DNA of 63,853 bases, the filler included, from Reticulomyxa filosa (lineage: Eukaryota; Protista; Foraminifera): assembly GCA_000512085.1 (NCBI GenBank). It is 16 parts of 16 records of this genome, joined end to end, with 100 filler letters (N's around TTAATTAATTAA, not from the genome) between each part and the next. Parts side by side here need not be neighbours in the genome. Positions count along the whole stretch, not along the records: positions 52,248 to 55,673 come from ASPP01003431.1; positions 55,774 to 58,195 come from ASPP01017795.1; positions 58,296 to 60,842 come from ASPP01025320.1; positions 60,943 to 62,042 come from ASPP01042421.1; positions 62,143 to 63,853 come from ASPP01009765.1; 11 more parts are not named here. One strand, given 5' to 3'. Positions within the stretch are counted from its first letter, which is position 1, and each line of letters begins with the position of its first letter. The position numbers and the translations under genes were made by a program. The notes below the pieces were generated by a model. The model had not been told where the DNA came from. It made no database searches and worked only from the letters and a program-made list of their open reading frames with translations. This document shows, one piece after another, positions 52,248 through 63,821 of the stretch.

Positions 52248-53233
52248 CATTCAATTGCTTTATCGTATTCTTCTTTACAGTCATAAACAAGTCCCAAATT
52301 GTGGTACAAACTATAGATATCATAATGATCAGGTTCTAATTGTTCCAACTTAACTTTTAATGATCTTTTATAATATTCAACTGCTTTATCATATTTCCCT
52401 TTCTTATTATATGTTCTACCTAACCAATCACAAGACTTACTAATATCGATATGAGAACTATGTAATGTTTGCAAGCTAATGCAAAGTGAAAAACGAAATA
52501 ACTCAATTGCTTTGTCCAAATTTTGAATATTGAATGAATCTATTCCTAATTCCATTAACTCCTCTGTGTCAATAGGCCAAGAATAAGTGAAAACAGGATA
52601 ATTGAAATTACAACGAATAACAGAATTATTTGTGTGAATAAGTTGTTGAGTAATATCACAATTTCCAATTGCATCAATAATACAATCAATAGCATAAATA
52701 CATCCATCAATTGTAATATTATCAAATATAATTTTTTTTGAAAAAAAAGAATAAATAGAATATTGTCCAAATGTCGATATTTTTTTCATATGTTTAAGTG
52801 AAGTAATCATCATTGAAAAAGGCATATTTCGTGGAGATAATTGTTCATTTGATTTTGCAACAACAATAATTCCTTGTTGCTTGTTATTGATCATTTCATT
52901 TACCATTTCATGTGCTTTTTTATTTGCTTCATTCCATAAAAGATCTTGATCAATTTCAATATTTATATTTGATTGATGATATGAATGATCTTTATTGTAA
53001 AGAAAAACATGTCGATCACACATTGTGATAACTTGGAAAATTTGTCCAGTCAATGCTTTTTGTTCAATCAATTTTGAAATTGACATTAAATTACTATCCA
53101 ATGATTTTGGCAATTTAATATTTTGTGACATAATATTACAAAAACATTCCGTAAAATAACTTCCCTTTTCAAATATTAATTTTTCAGGAGTTGTTGAAAA
53201 TATTATAAAAGTATCTGATTCATTGTTATACCA

Positions 53234-53265
<32 letters not shown>

Positions 53266-54079
53266 GTTGATATTGTTCATTTCTTCGATATACATTTTTA
53301 ATAAATATTTTTGGTCTATTTAAAAATGTATTTGTGTCATATGTAAATAATTGTTGTATTTTTTTAAATGATATATATTTGTCATTATCTGATGTTATTA
53401 ATATATCTCCTTCTTCTTCTTCTTCTGATATTTTATCACCATGACCACACCATACAAATATTAATGAATCATACTTCTTTTCATTATTGTTTGTGCAATG
53501 CTTCATTGAAAAATGATTTAATTGATTTAATGTCAATAATTCAGTTTCAGGTTTATTTGGATCATAAGTAGAATATACTTCATATCCATATATTTCTTCA
53601 AATAAATTTCGAAACATGATTAAATCTAATTTTACTTCAGGCAAATAATCTAAACTATTATATTTCAAAGCACCAGTTAACAATACTAATGGATTCATAA
53701 TCTTGTAGCGTTCATTTTCTTCTTCTTTTTTTTTTCTTCTGGATATTTCTCTTCGTCATTGTCGTTGTCTATTTTAAATTAAAAAAAAAGTAAATAAGTA
53801 AATGAATAAAAAAAGAGAAACAAAACTGCCAATGGGATAAACAAAAAAGAAAACAGGTTGCATTTCAAATGAAATTTTTAATTGTTGATCATTGATAATT
53901 TCTTGTTTATTATTATCAACAATTTTAAAATGGCGCATAGAGTTTATTGTTTTCTTGTTATCATCTTTGATGTTCACAATCTTTACCACTTCTTCTTCCA
54001 AGCTTTTCAAGTTTAGAGAAGCAAGCGTTAGTTCATGCGCTTTTCCTTCAAAATAAACAAAAACCTTATAAGATGACAT
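52248..54079 (-). CDS. PB1/ubiquitin-like + caspase-like (peptidase C14, catalytic Cys->Tyr) + TPR protein, 3' truncated
   Basis: Exon 1 YKVFVYFEG..FKIVD..IINDQQL. Caspase-like LIFVWCGHG, RPKIFIKNVYRR, DTFIIFSTTP..GSYFTECFC. TPRs LGRTYNKKGKYDKAVEYYKRSLKVK and NLGLVY..YDKAIE. A-run frameshift at ~53730. Confidence 0.8.
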
Positions 54080-54619
54080 TTTTTGTTCAGCTCGTAGTTT
54101 AGTAGTTATTATGAAATAAAAAGTTTTATACTTCGTTTTTTTAAAACCCTTTTTTAGTCTCTTTTCACATTTATATGTTCTTTTAAACTGTAGCAATGTT
54201 TATAATTTGAAAAATTATTTTCAAAATTATTGCTGTGAAGATATACATAACAGCTCAAAAGACCAGAACAAAACAAACTCGTTTGCATATGCTTCAAGCA
54301 CTCGGGGTCAAATCTTTTCATTATTAAAAAGGGGTAGTTTTATTTTTAATGAAACGCGTTTAAAAAAGAAATTACATATATTACTGAGTTTTGTTTTTTT
54401 TGTTAACGCGTTTTTGGTGTTCTCTTTCATTGATCTTGAAAGAAAAAAGTTCAAACATTTTTCATCTTGTATCAGCTAAGACGAACTCAAAAAGAAAAAA
54501 TAAGAATGGCCACCCCCAGAGCAATGAAAAGCAAGCTTTAATACAGTCAGTATTGGTAATCTTTATTTCAGTCTTTCAAAAAAGTAGTCGTACTCATTGT
54601 GTGTTTTATGATTAAACAA

Positions 54620-55115
54620 GTTAGAAGAAGAAGATATCAGAGTGAGTATCTGGAATTGGATTTTGGTGACCGTGTGGGAATCACAGATTTGGCCGAGGAA
54701 GAGGTATGAGTCGAATGGACAATATGAACATGGGAATGGGAATGGGAATGGGAATGGGCATGCGAATGCGTCGATTGCAGATCCCAGAGGAAAGAGTCGA
54801 TCTCCAAAAGAGGGACGTGGCTCAAGACTCGAATAGAGTAACACCAATGATGTTGTCGTCAATGCCACCGTTCCACCAATTGATTCAACTGATGCATCCA
54901 ATATGTCTGCTCCCATTGTTGAAACCGTCACTGCTGCTGATGCACAAATCGAAGGAGAGCAACCAGGCATTGAAACAACAGAGCCCACACAACCCGTCTA
55001 TAAAATATCGGAGACAAAAGGACCTGCGAATAGACATTTGTACAACAGTTGCAATGTCGCTTTTTTTGCAATTTTTGATGCTGGTTTTGTGTCACTCAAA
55101 TGCTCGCAAAGTTGA
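54620..55115 (+). pseudogene. Low-complexity coding fragment with an in-frame TAG
   Basis: Open reading GNGNGNG..SRLE*SNTNDVVVN..SQS*, with a stop at 54834-54836. Confidence 0.3.
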
Positions 55116-57155
55116 GTCACAAACATACGTATACGCTTTGGCTCCATTGCAAAGCGCAGTTTATATCATCTAATTCGAATATATGAGCACTTCCTGTAAA
55201 TTGGTCAAATTGCCAATCTCCAGTAAGTCTTTTTTTTTTTTTTTTTTTTTTTAATTCGTAAACAAAACACAAAGCATCGAAAAGATGTGCAAATTGGATT
55301 TAGATACCAATAGTTTAAACTGATCAAATTTTCAATTGTGTATGGTATAGTATCGGAAAAAAAAAAAAGTTTGTCAAAACAATCTTCTTTATGTTGGCTT
55401 GTTGTTTATATCAACTAATTTCTTTTAAATAATCTCAAAATAATAGTTTCAATTTGTCAAATAAATGAACGATTCACATTCTCTTTTGAAGTTTTGACAG
55501 CTCCACTTCATTTCAGTTAATATGTGAAAAGAAAAGATTTTTTGTCATAAAAACTCAATTTCACTGGCTCGTGTTTGATGTAATTTGAAATTTTACTTAA
55601 TTCGGAAAAACATTGAACTATGTCAGCACACTTCAAAGAATAACTCCCTTCAAGCAAAAAAAAAGTTATAATGNNNNNNNNNNNNNNNNNNNNNNNNNNN
55701 NNNNNNNNNNNNNNNNNTTAATTAATTAANNNNNNNNNNNNNNNNNNNNNNNNNNNNNNNNNNNNNNNNNNNNGATATCGTTTTATGCTTTCAGTTTTCT
55801 TTGCAACCTACTGTATTTCACAACACACCACTTCACACTACATCATACCATACATCATTCACACGCCACTACTACACATAATGTTTTGTGTACATATACA
55901 TGTATGTATATCTGTGATGTACAATATGGAACTGTATTGTAAAGGAATCGACGAAGATTGTAGATCAATTTCAGCAAGTCACAGAGAATGGCAGATTGCA
56001 TCAAAAATATTCAAATGTGTCAACAGCATCATTACATCGTTATATATTAGATTGATTGCATTAAGATTATATAATTCAACAAAACAAAGACATTTAATTT
56101 AATACAATGTAAGCAAAAGAGTGTATTTTACAAACGCAGAAATTTTGAAAAACTGTAGTCCTATTTAGAAAAATCACTTTTTAAATTATTGTATATCTTT
56201 TTGTACAAAAGAATTACTTCGCTGACAAAAATGTTAGAGATATAAACAACTTTTGTAACTTTATGATTAAAACATTAAGAGCATTTTCATCTGTTGAAAA
56301 AAAGAATGTTTTACGTTACTGACTTCTCCAGTATTCGTTGTCTCAACTGTTTTGATTGTCTTATTTGTTTCCACAACATTCTTTATATCAAAATAAGTTT
56401 AATATTTTTAATAGTTTGCATTATTTTTTATTGAACTTTTTTTCATAAATAACCCCTTTTTTTTTAGCACAATTTTTTTATTGTTAAATACTGTTGAACA
56501 AAATTTGATTGTAAAAATTTTAAAAAATTACAATTGAATTTTTGTTGAATTATCATTTAATTTCTCCTTTTGAAGAAAATTTTTTCATAGCAATTTAGTT
56601 ACAAAGATATACATTTGAAAGAATTGTGATGTCAGAAATAGACTTCTCTTGAAACAAAGATAAAACAGGAAATGATTGAAATAATTATAGCTTTGAGTTA
56701 AGTCTAATGTGTTTTATCAATTTCGTTTATTTAAATAAAGACAGATGAAAAAATGGATACTTTTTACAAACATTAAACAAAGATATTACAAAGACAAAAA
56801 TATTTCCATAAACATCCTTGCAAGTTTCTTCATTTTTCTGGCAGAAATTGAGTTCACTAAATAGTGATCTGCTTTGTGTAAAGAAAAGAGAAAAAAATGA
56901 AATTTTGAACAAGCAAAACTACGTCGTGTTAAACTTAGGCGCTCCAAGATGTGAAGCTATCATTGAGCATCGTCAAGCTGGCACTGGACTTGAAAATACA
57001 AAGAAACAATAAACAGATTTCACCAGGCTCAGCACTACCAAAATAATTTTACTTGAAACACAAAAAGAAAAAAAAATTATACAAAGATATTATTTGTATA
57101 ACAATTGAATAAGTAACAAAAAAAGAAAACATGCCCAAAGTATTTTTAAAAAATT

Positions 57156-58132
57156 TTAGGAATCAACAGTATGCAATGTTTTTAAAAATTTATGAATGAT
57201 CGGCCATATTCTTTCGATCCAGTGTTTAAGCTGAACACAATCAATCAAAGAAATGGAATCAAAAATGAACATTGTTTCTTTGTGGACTTGAGAGGGGATA
57301 GCATCTTTGAATTTGTTCATAACAAAAAAAATAATCTCTTTGGCATCAAGAGGGTTAGCATTGTAATCAGGAAAGACTGATAGAAAATTTTTCGATTGCA
57401 AAGCATCTTCAAGTCCATCTACTCGATTAAATAAGACAAGCCATAATTTGCCTTTGGTTAGTTCTGTTTTGTTCACAGTACTTGCAAAAGTGTTCAATGC
57501 TGCAACCATTCCATTTTGATTTTCTTCCGGTGTCAACTCTAAAAAAGAAATTAATGATACAATCCATATAATTACATTTGATTCTGCACCGAAACGAATC
57601 CATTTTTTAATTTCGCTTCGACCACCACCTATTCTTTCGGACCCATAAATATTAACCACGCACACATATGTCTCTCTTTAAACATACACACATGCACAAG
57701 CATGTACAAATATAAATAGCAACACCCACCACAAAGACGCACGTGGTTATATACAACGTTCATATCAAAACGGAATTGCAGCCAACTGCTGACAATGGAA
57801 CGATTTAGCAATCGATCGTTAATATTCCATCGCAGGTCGTTACTGGATGCAAGCAGTCGGTCGATATGTTTCATGAAGTAGAGTAATGAGTCACACACTC
57901 CAATCTGATATCTTTGTTCCAAAAACACCTTTTGCACGAGTTCGTAGTTCCACACACGTTTGCAGTCCTCCACTTTTTCATCTGTCATTACTATTGCCTG
58001 CTTCGACGTTCCCGCGTCCCGAAACGATTGGAGCGTAAGCAATGTTATCTCATCATTTTGAAGGTCCATCAATATATCAGCTTCATAGTCCATAAAGCAC
58101 TTCCAAGTCAATTTGCTAAGTTCACCAATTAT
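57156..58132 (-). CDS. Divergent G-protein alpha subunit, C-terminal two-thirds (5' truncated)
   Basis: KRVWNYELVQKVF, DSLLYFMKHIDRL, IGGGRSEIKKW, IIWIVSL, LVLFNRVD, SVFPDY, ISLID. Confidence 0.85.
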
Positions 58133-58295
58133 CTTTTTTTTTTTTCCCCAATAAAAGAAGAGGAAGGTAAAAAAAAAAAAAAAAAAAAAAAATTTNNNNN
58201 NNNNNNNNNNNNNNNNNNNNNNNNNNNNNNNNNNNNNNNTTAATTAATTAANNNNNNNNNNNNNNNNNNNNNNNNNNNNNNNNNNNNNNNNNNNN

Positions 58296-58510
58296 TAATC
58301 GAATTGAATTATATCGAAATAAACATAGATGAACCGGATTGAACCATATTGAGTATAACCGGGATGAATTGAACAATATTGGATCTAATTGTCTTGTATT
58401 ATATTGAATTGAATTGGATTGACTTGAGGTGGAATGAATTAGATTGAAGTGAGATGAGTGAACTGGATTGGATTGTAATGAACTGAGCTGGATTGAATTG
58501 AGGTGGAGAG
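58296..58510 (+). repeat. Degenerate pentamer array (GAATT/GGATT-type)
   Basis: Clear 5-nt periodicity, e.g. gaatt gaatt ggatt gactt gaggt ggaat gaatt agatt. Confidence 0.75.
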
Positions 58511-58949
58511 ATCAAACATAATTGCTTCGATCATATATTTATTTATTTAATATTTATTTAAATATGGAGCCATACTTGTGGTGATAGTTAATTTACATGG
58601 GCGATGACGGTTGCATGGACTCTTATCATTTCTTATTACAATTATGTTTTTTCTTTCTTTGTTTTTAATTTGGAACATTGATAAATGATGGGGGATGAAG
58701 GACAGGAGTACCTTGCACACAACACATATATAGGTAGTATCATCGTATATCAAATAACACATGATATGTATCAACACAGAAAAAGACTTAAATTTTATAT
58801 TATATTTTGATGTGAGGTTTCCCATCACTTTGCTTTATTACAATATCTTTTACACAAACAACAAACACACAAACTACGTTTGATTGATTTGTTATGTTTA
58901 TAACAGATAAAAAAAAAATATAATGTCGCATATATACTCAAATGGTTTA

Positions 58950-60676
58950 ATAAGGTAAGTATATTATCTGCAAGGTACTCCACTGTCACTTCCTCCCCCT
59001 TTTCAATGTCCACTTATGTCCTTTTTTTTTTTATCATATTATCAAAATATAGGTCTCACTATTCATATTGTCCATTGCAATCCAGTCAATCTGCCTCTTA
59101 TTAACTCATCTACCACTTTCCGGCTCATTATTGTTATTTATTATATATATATATTATCTTATCGAAGTCAATTATATCCAATCTATTCCAAGTCAACTCA
59201 TTCCACTCAGCGCAGCACAATCCAACCCAGCCCAATCTAGCCCAATTCAATCTAACTCACACCAACTATCCTCAACCCAACTCAACACAACATAATACAC
59301 TACACTTCGACACAATATAACTCAACTCAACCAAATTATACTCAACAAAGCCACAACCAGATCCAACTATATCTACTTCAACACAATCCAACCAAACCAA
59401 ACCCAACGCAATCCAAGTCACTCCAATTCGATCCAACCCAACTCGACTTGGTCCACCACAAATCAACTCGACTTTAATCAATACAATGCAATCCAATCAG
59501 ACTAATTTAATCTAACTTGATGCTGTACATAATATATTTATCCATTTGAATATCCTAAATCTCATTAAGTCCAACCAAGCCAGCATCCAACCACTAACGT
59601 ATCATATTGGTAAGCGCATATAGGTTCATATACATTTCTAAGAACAGCTTTTGATCTTCTATATCTTGTTGATGTTGTTCTCTTATTAACTGCCTGCATT
59701 TTCTCCTTTCTTTCTCTGTTGTCTGGTATAGATGCTTGTTCTCTTCGATAGTCTGCTCGATCATTCGAAATTCCTGTTCATCTTGCTGTCGTTTCTGTTC
59801 AAGACGTTGTTGTTCAAGTCGTTGCTGTTCGTCTTGTTGTTGTTCCTGTTGTTTTTGTCCTTCAGGTTGTGGCTGTTCTTCGGGTTGCTGTCGTTGTTCA
59901 GGTTGTGGTTGTTCATGTTGTGGTTGTTCTTCTGGTTGTTGTTGTTCATCTTCGTCGTGACGCTGGATTTGTTGGAGCTGTTCGTCGAAGCGCATCTATT
60001 GATACATATTTATATTCAAATATTGATGGTATTATTATAAGATGACGATGAACATTGTAATATACACATCTTACAAAACTTTTCTCTTAATGCAACCAAT
60101 CATATTCTCCCAATAACTTCCCAACGTGCTCGCCATATCGACAATACGCGTGTGCAAGTTTGAGCAAATTTGACTAATCTATTTTTATTTTTAACAATAT
60201 TGAATCCATTAATTATGTAATGTGTATACGTGTATGTATGAGTTTGTGTATTTTAAAACAAAATAAAAAAAAGAAGTAACTCTTGATCGTTTTGGAGATG
60301 GTCCATTTTCAAGATTGTGACCTTCATCATCATTTATTTCTCGAAGAGATCTTTTAGTTGTGGCTCGTGGTTGTTGTTGGCCTTGTGGTTGCTCTTGTTG
60401 GAGGTGATATTCTTCTTGGACTTGGCCTATATCTCGTTTCAGCTCCGAATCTTCATGCACTTGCAACAGTATTTGATCTTGCACTTGCGCTGGTGCTTGC
60501 AATAGTTTTGGTTGCACTTGTTGTTGCACTTCTGATGATACTTGCTGCGCTTGTGCTGGCGCTTCATGTGCATGTGATAGCGCTTGCTGATGCTGTTGGA
60601 GTGGCGGGGTTTGTTGGACTTGCACTTGTGAGTCTTGTTGGGTTTGTACTTGTGGGCCTTGTTGGGATTGCTGCAT
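58950..60676 (-). CDS. Gln/Glu-rich protein, possibly with a SET-domain C-terminal fragment
   Basis: Q-rich ORFs 60676-60209 and 59995-59594; a downstream exon reads DIEKGEEVTVEY. Confidence 0.4.
59150..59593 (-). repeat. Degenerate pentamer array in the opposite orientation (CAATC/CAACT/CAACC on +)
   Basis: 5-nt periodicity, e.g. caatc caacc aaacc aaacc caacg caatc caagt cactc caatt cgatc. Confidence 0.8.
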
Positions 60677-60942
60677 TTGATCTTGTGCTTGGCCTCCTAC
60701 GTCGTGTTGATGATCGCCCTCCTGTTCATCATTCGTCTATGTCCAGCACATTAATTATTTTTAAAATATCAATTGTATTATCATAATATATATATATGTA
60801 TATCATTGAAATAAGTTAATAATTTTTGACAAAGATAAACTTNNNNNNNNNNNNNNNNNNNNNNNNNNNNNNNNNNNNNNNNNNNNTTAATTAATTAANN
60901 NNNNNNNNNNNNNNNNNNNNNNNNNNNNNNNNNNNNNNNNNN

Positions 60943-60982
60943 AAGCCCTAAGCCCTAAGCCCTAAGCCCTAAGCCCTAAGCC
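60943..60982 (+). repeat. Candidate telomeric repeat (CCCTAAG)n, i.e. (TTAGGGC)n on the G strand
   Basis: 5.7 perfect 7-nt units starting at the first base of the contig, C-rich strand 5'. Confidence 0.7.
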
Positions 60983-61127
60983 ATTCGATTTCTCGAATAG
61001 ATTATTGTCTGGTTAAGTTGGAAAAATTTGTTTTGAATAAAAATTAGTTTTGTTTTTACACTGCAAACAATACGAAGAAGGATATTCTACTTTAATTGAT
61101 TTTGATTAATTGTTTAACAATTGAACA

Positions 61128-61337
61128 ATGTTTTCTGGCTCCATATTGAAAGTTATTGGAAATGTAACAAATCACAGTCTTTAGATCTTAGCTCTAATAT
61201 GTTAAGTTTGATTTTTTTTTGTAAAATAGATATAATTTTTTTTTCAATAAAGTTTGACAGTTTGACAGTGACAATATGAACTAAATTGGAAATTTGATTC
61301 AATTATAATATTTGGATTTGAGTCAAAATTGGTTAAC
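61128..61337 (+). pseudogene. Decayed plant-type (24-aa) leucine-rich-repeat gene, about one repeat per exon
   Basis: FSGSILKVIGNVTN/QSLDLSSNML, then LTVTI*T/IGNLIQL*YLDLSQNWL, matching LSG.IP..IGNL..L..LDLS.N.L; stops and frameshifts. Confidence 0.7.
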
Positions 61338-62490
61338 TTTATTTTTGCTTCTTCCCCGTCAACTTTTTAGATAATTTTTTGCTGTAGATTTCAAATAACA
61401 CGCGAATATATGTATATTACAAGGGGAATGTATTTGTTTCAATTCTTTTAAATTTAATTTTGACTCCTTTGTTTAAAAAAAAAAGCAAAATAAGAGATTT
61501 TGCTTGTAACATCAGTTTTGAACTGATTTCAACTTTATACATTTGTATAATTTAAAATCCTTGTTCTAAGGATCTATCATCACAAGTAATTTTGTTGTTA
61601 TGTCAAACAGTTGACATTTTCCCAAATGCAGCAAAAAAAAATGAAGTGTGTTTTAATTTTTTAAAAATACTATTCTAAACGTTTTCAAATTGTTTTTGCA
61701 TATTCCTCCAAAGAATGACAAATATGCAATGTTCCTTGAATGCATTGAAATGTAGGAGTACAACTTTGTTGAAAGAGACATAATTTAATCCGATTTGTTT
61801 GATTCATAAAAAAACCCATAAACGATCTATGGAGGTACGGGTCACATTTATTTTTTTTGTAAAAAGAAATGCATTTGATTATATATTTTATGCATAATTG
61901 TTTTGATTAAAATGAAATCTATTTTAACCTGGATTTGATGTTTTTCAAAAACACATGTACATGAATTCAAATAAAATAAAGAATAAATAATTGACAAATT
62001 GATTTACATATTTAGAATAATTTACTTTTTTTTTCTCAAAGTNNNNNNNNNNNNNNNNNNNNNNNNNNNNNNNNNNNNNNNNNNNNTTAATTAATTAANN
62101 NNNNNNNNNNNNNNNNNNNNNNNNNNNNNNNNNNNNNNNNNNCAATTTATTTTTTTTCATTTTTTGTGGACAGCACAAACCCAAATTTCAACCAGCACTT
62201 TCAAAAGAATAGAAGACTAGCCGCAATGGTGATATGCATTTTTGAAAATGGAAGAAAATTCAACTTGAAAAGGTTGTAAGAACATATTCAAAAGGTTATT
62301 TCACTAAAAAAGGTGTTCTTAATGTTTTGGAAAGGACAAAGTGCAGCAAATTGCACTTGTTTATTAGCACATTGGTTTTATTAATCAATACATCGGAAAA
62401 CAAAAATATTTCAGTTTATCAATTGGCCCAATCGTGACATAACAAATTACATTAGCGGTTGTCCAGGAAAGGGAGAGAAGCAGTATAAAG

Positions 62491-63620
62491 CTAGCCAACA
62501 ACATGGAACTCTTTGATTGTTTGAGTATGATTTTTTGTGTCTTCTCTTTCTTTAAGTTCAAATGGCCACAAATACTTTTGATAGAATTGTTTGAGTGAAT
62601 GTTTGGCACTCTCCATGTCGCAAGACACGTCATAGCAGGATAGACAACGATGGACTTCAGCCCATCGATTCAAGTTCTCCAAAGCGTTAACGGTCTCAAA
62701 GCCGCCATATTTTTTGACTTCGACCCACAACTGATAAAAATCCAAAGGAGCATTTCCAATTCTAATGGATTTGAAGTCCTCCACATTGTTATTGAGTTTG
62801 GCATTTTCAGGTCGGTTATAAAACATTTGCAACTTTGCATAAAAATTTTCCCTTTCTTTGATCCAGTTTTCATCCTCGCGTTCCGCCACTGTCAGTGTTT
62901 GTTCCTCATTCGCATCATACGCCTCTTCCTTTTTTTCACACGCATTGTGCAAAGGATCCCATAGGTTTAGTTCACAATACCAGGCTTTTTCTCCTTTTTT
63001 TTATTTATATTTATATTTTTGGTTTTGTTTGACAATCTCAAGTTAATAACAACACATAAATAATCATTATTGTTATTTATGTTTAAAAATAGTCAAAACA
63101 CACCTAGTTCTTCATCAGACACAGTATTTGGTATTCTTCTCCACTTGAAGCATCGATCGCATTGGATCCATTTGAGCGTGTCAAAAGTACTTAGTCCGAC
63201 GGCATGTGGATTTCCATCGTTGTGCATTCCTTTACTCGCATTGCTGTCAAGAACGTGGCTGGGCAGTTCGATTTCTTCGTCGCCCATGCCTCCACGAGGG
63301 TTTCCACTGTTCTGCGAATTCAAACCACCACCCACGGCATCGGCCCGCAGCTCGTCATCATTCATGCGTGGACGGCCTTTCACTTTGCCTTGCAGATGGT
63401 GTTGCTGTTGATGTTGATACGAATATTGTTGTTGCTGATGTTGTTGATGTTGCTGCTGATGTTGTTGTTGTTGTTGTTGATGCTGTTGGTGTTGTTGTTG
63501 CTGCAGCTGTGGCGGCTTCAGCGGATAATTGTCATCATCGTCCTCATCCATCCCCTTGAAGTTGGTTCGAGCTTTATTCGTGTTCCGAGCGCTTCTTCGT
63601 CGTTCTGTCACAAAATTATT
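62491..63620 (-). CDS. PolyQ + CW-type zinc finger + ARID/BRIGHT chromatin protein (partial)
   Basis: WIQCDRCFKWRRIP..|..WYCELNLWDPLHNACEKKEE (zf-CW split by an intron ~63103-62995), then FYAKLQMFY..IGNAPLDFYQLWVEVKKYGGF..WAEV..LKQFYQKYLWPFE (ARID). Confidence 0.88.
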
Positions 63621-63821
63621 GTTTCTCACATGCAACATGCAACATGCAACATGCAATACAACACACACACATTATATAAGACAAACCAGTTTCAACCGGC
63701 TCATTTGATTTGTTTGCAAGATAACGAGCAGACAATACGTTATCACTGTCGTAGTTGTCATTGTCAGCTGTTACTTTTGCCGTTTTAATTTTGCTTGGTT
63801 TATTGTTGTTATTGTTCGCAC

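Noticed and set aside
52248-58132. Gene cluster linking caspase-TPR, G-alpha and other genes
   Set aside because: They lie on different contigs separated by artificial spacers.
59736-59960. Metallothionein-like Cys-rich ORF on +
   Set aside because: Antisense shadow of CAA/CAG-rich codons of the minus-strand Q-rich exon.
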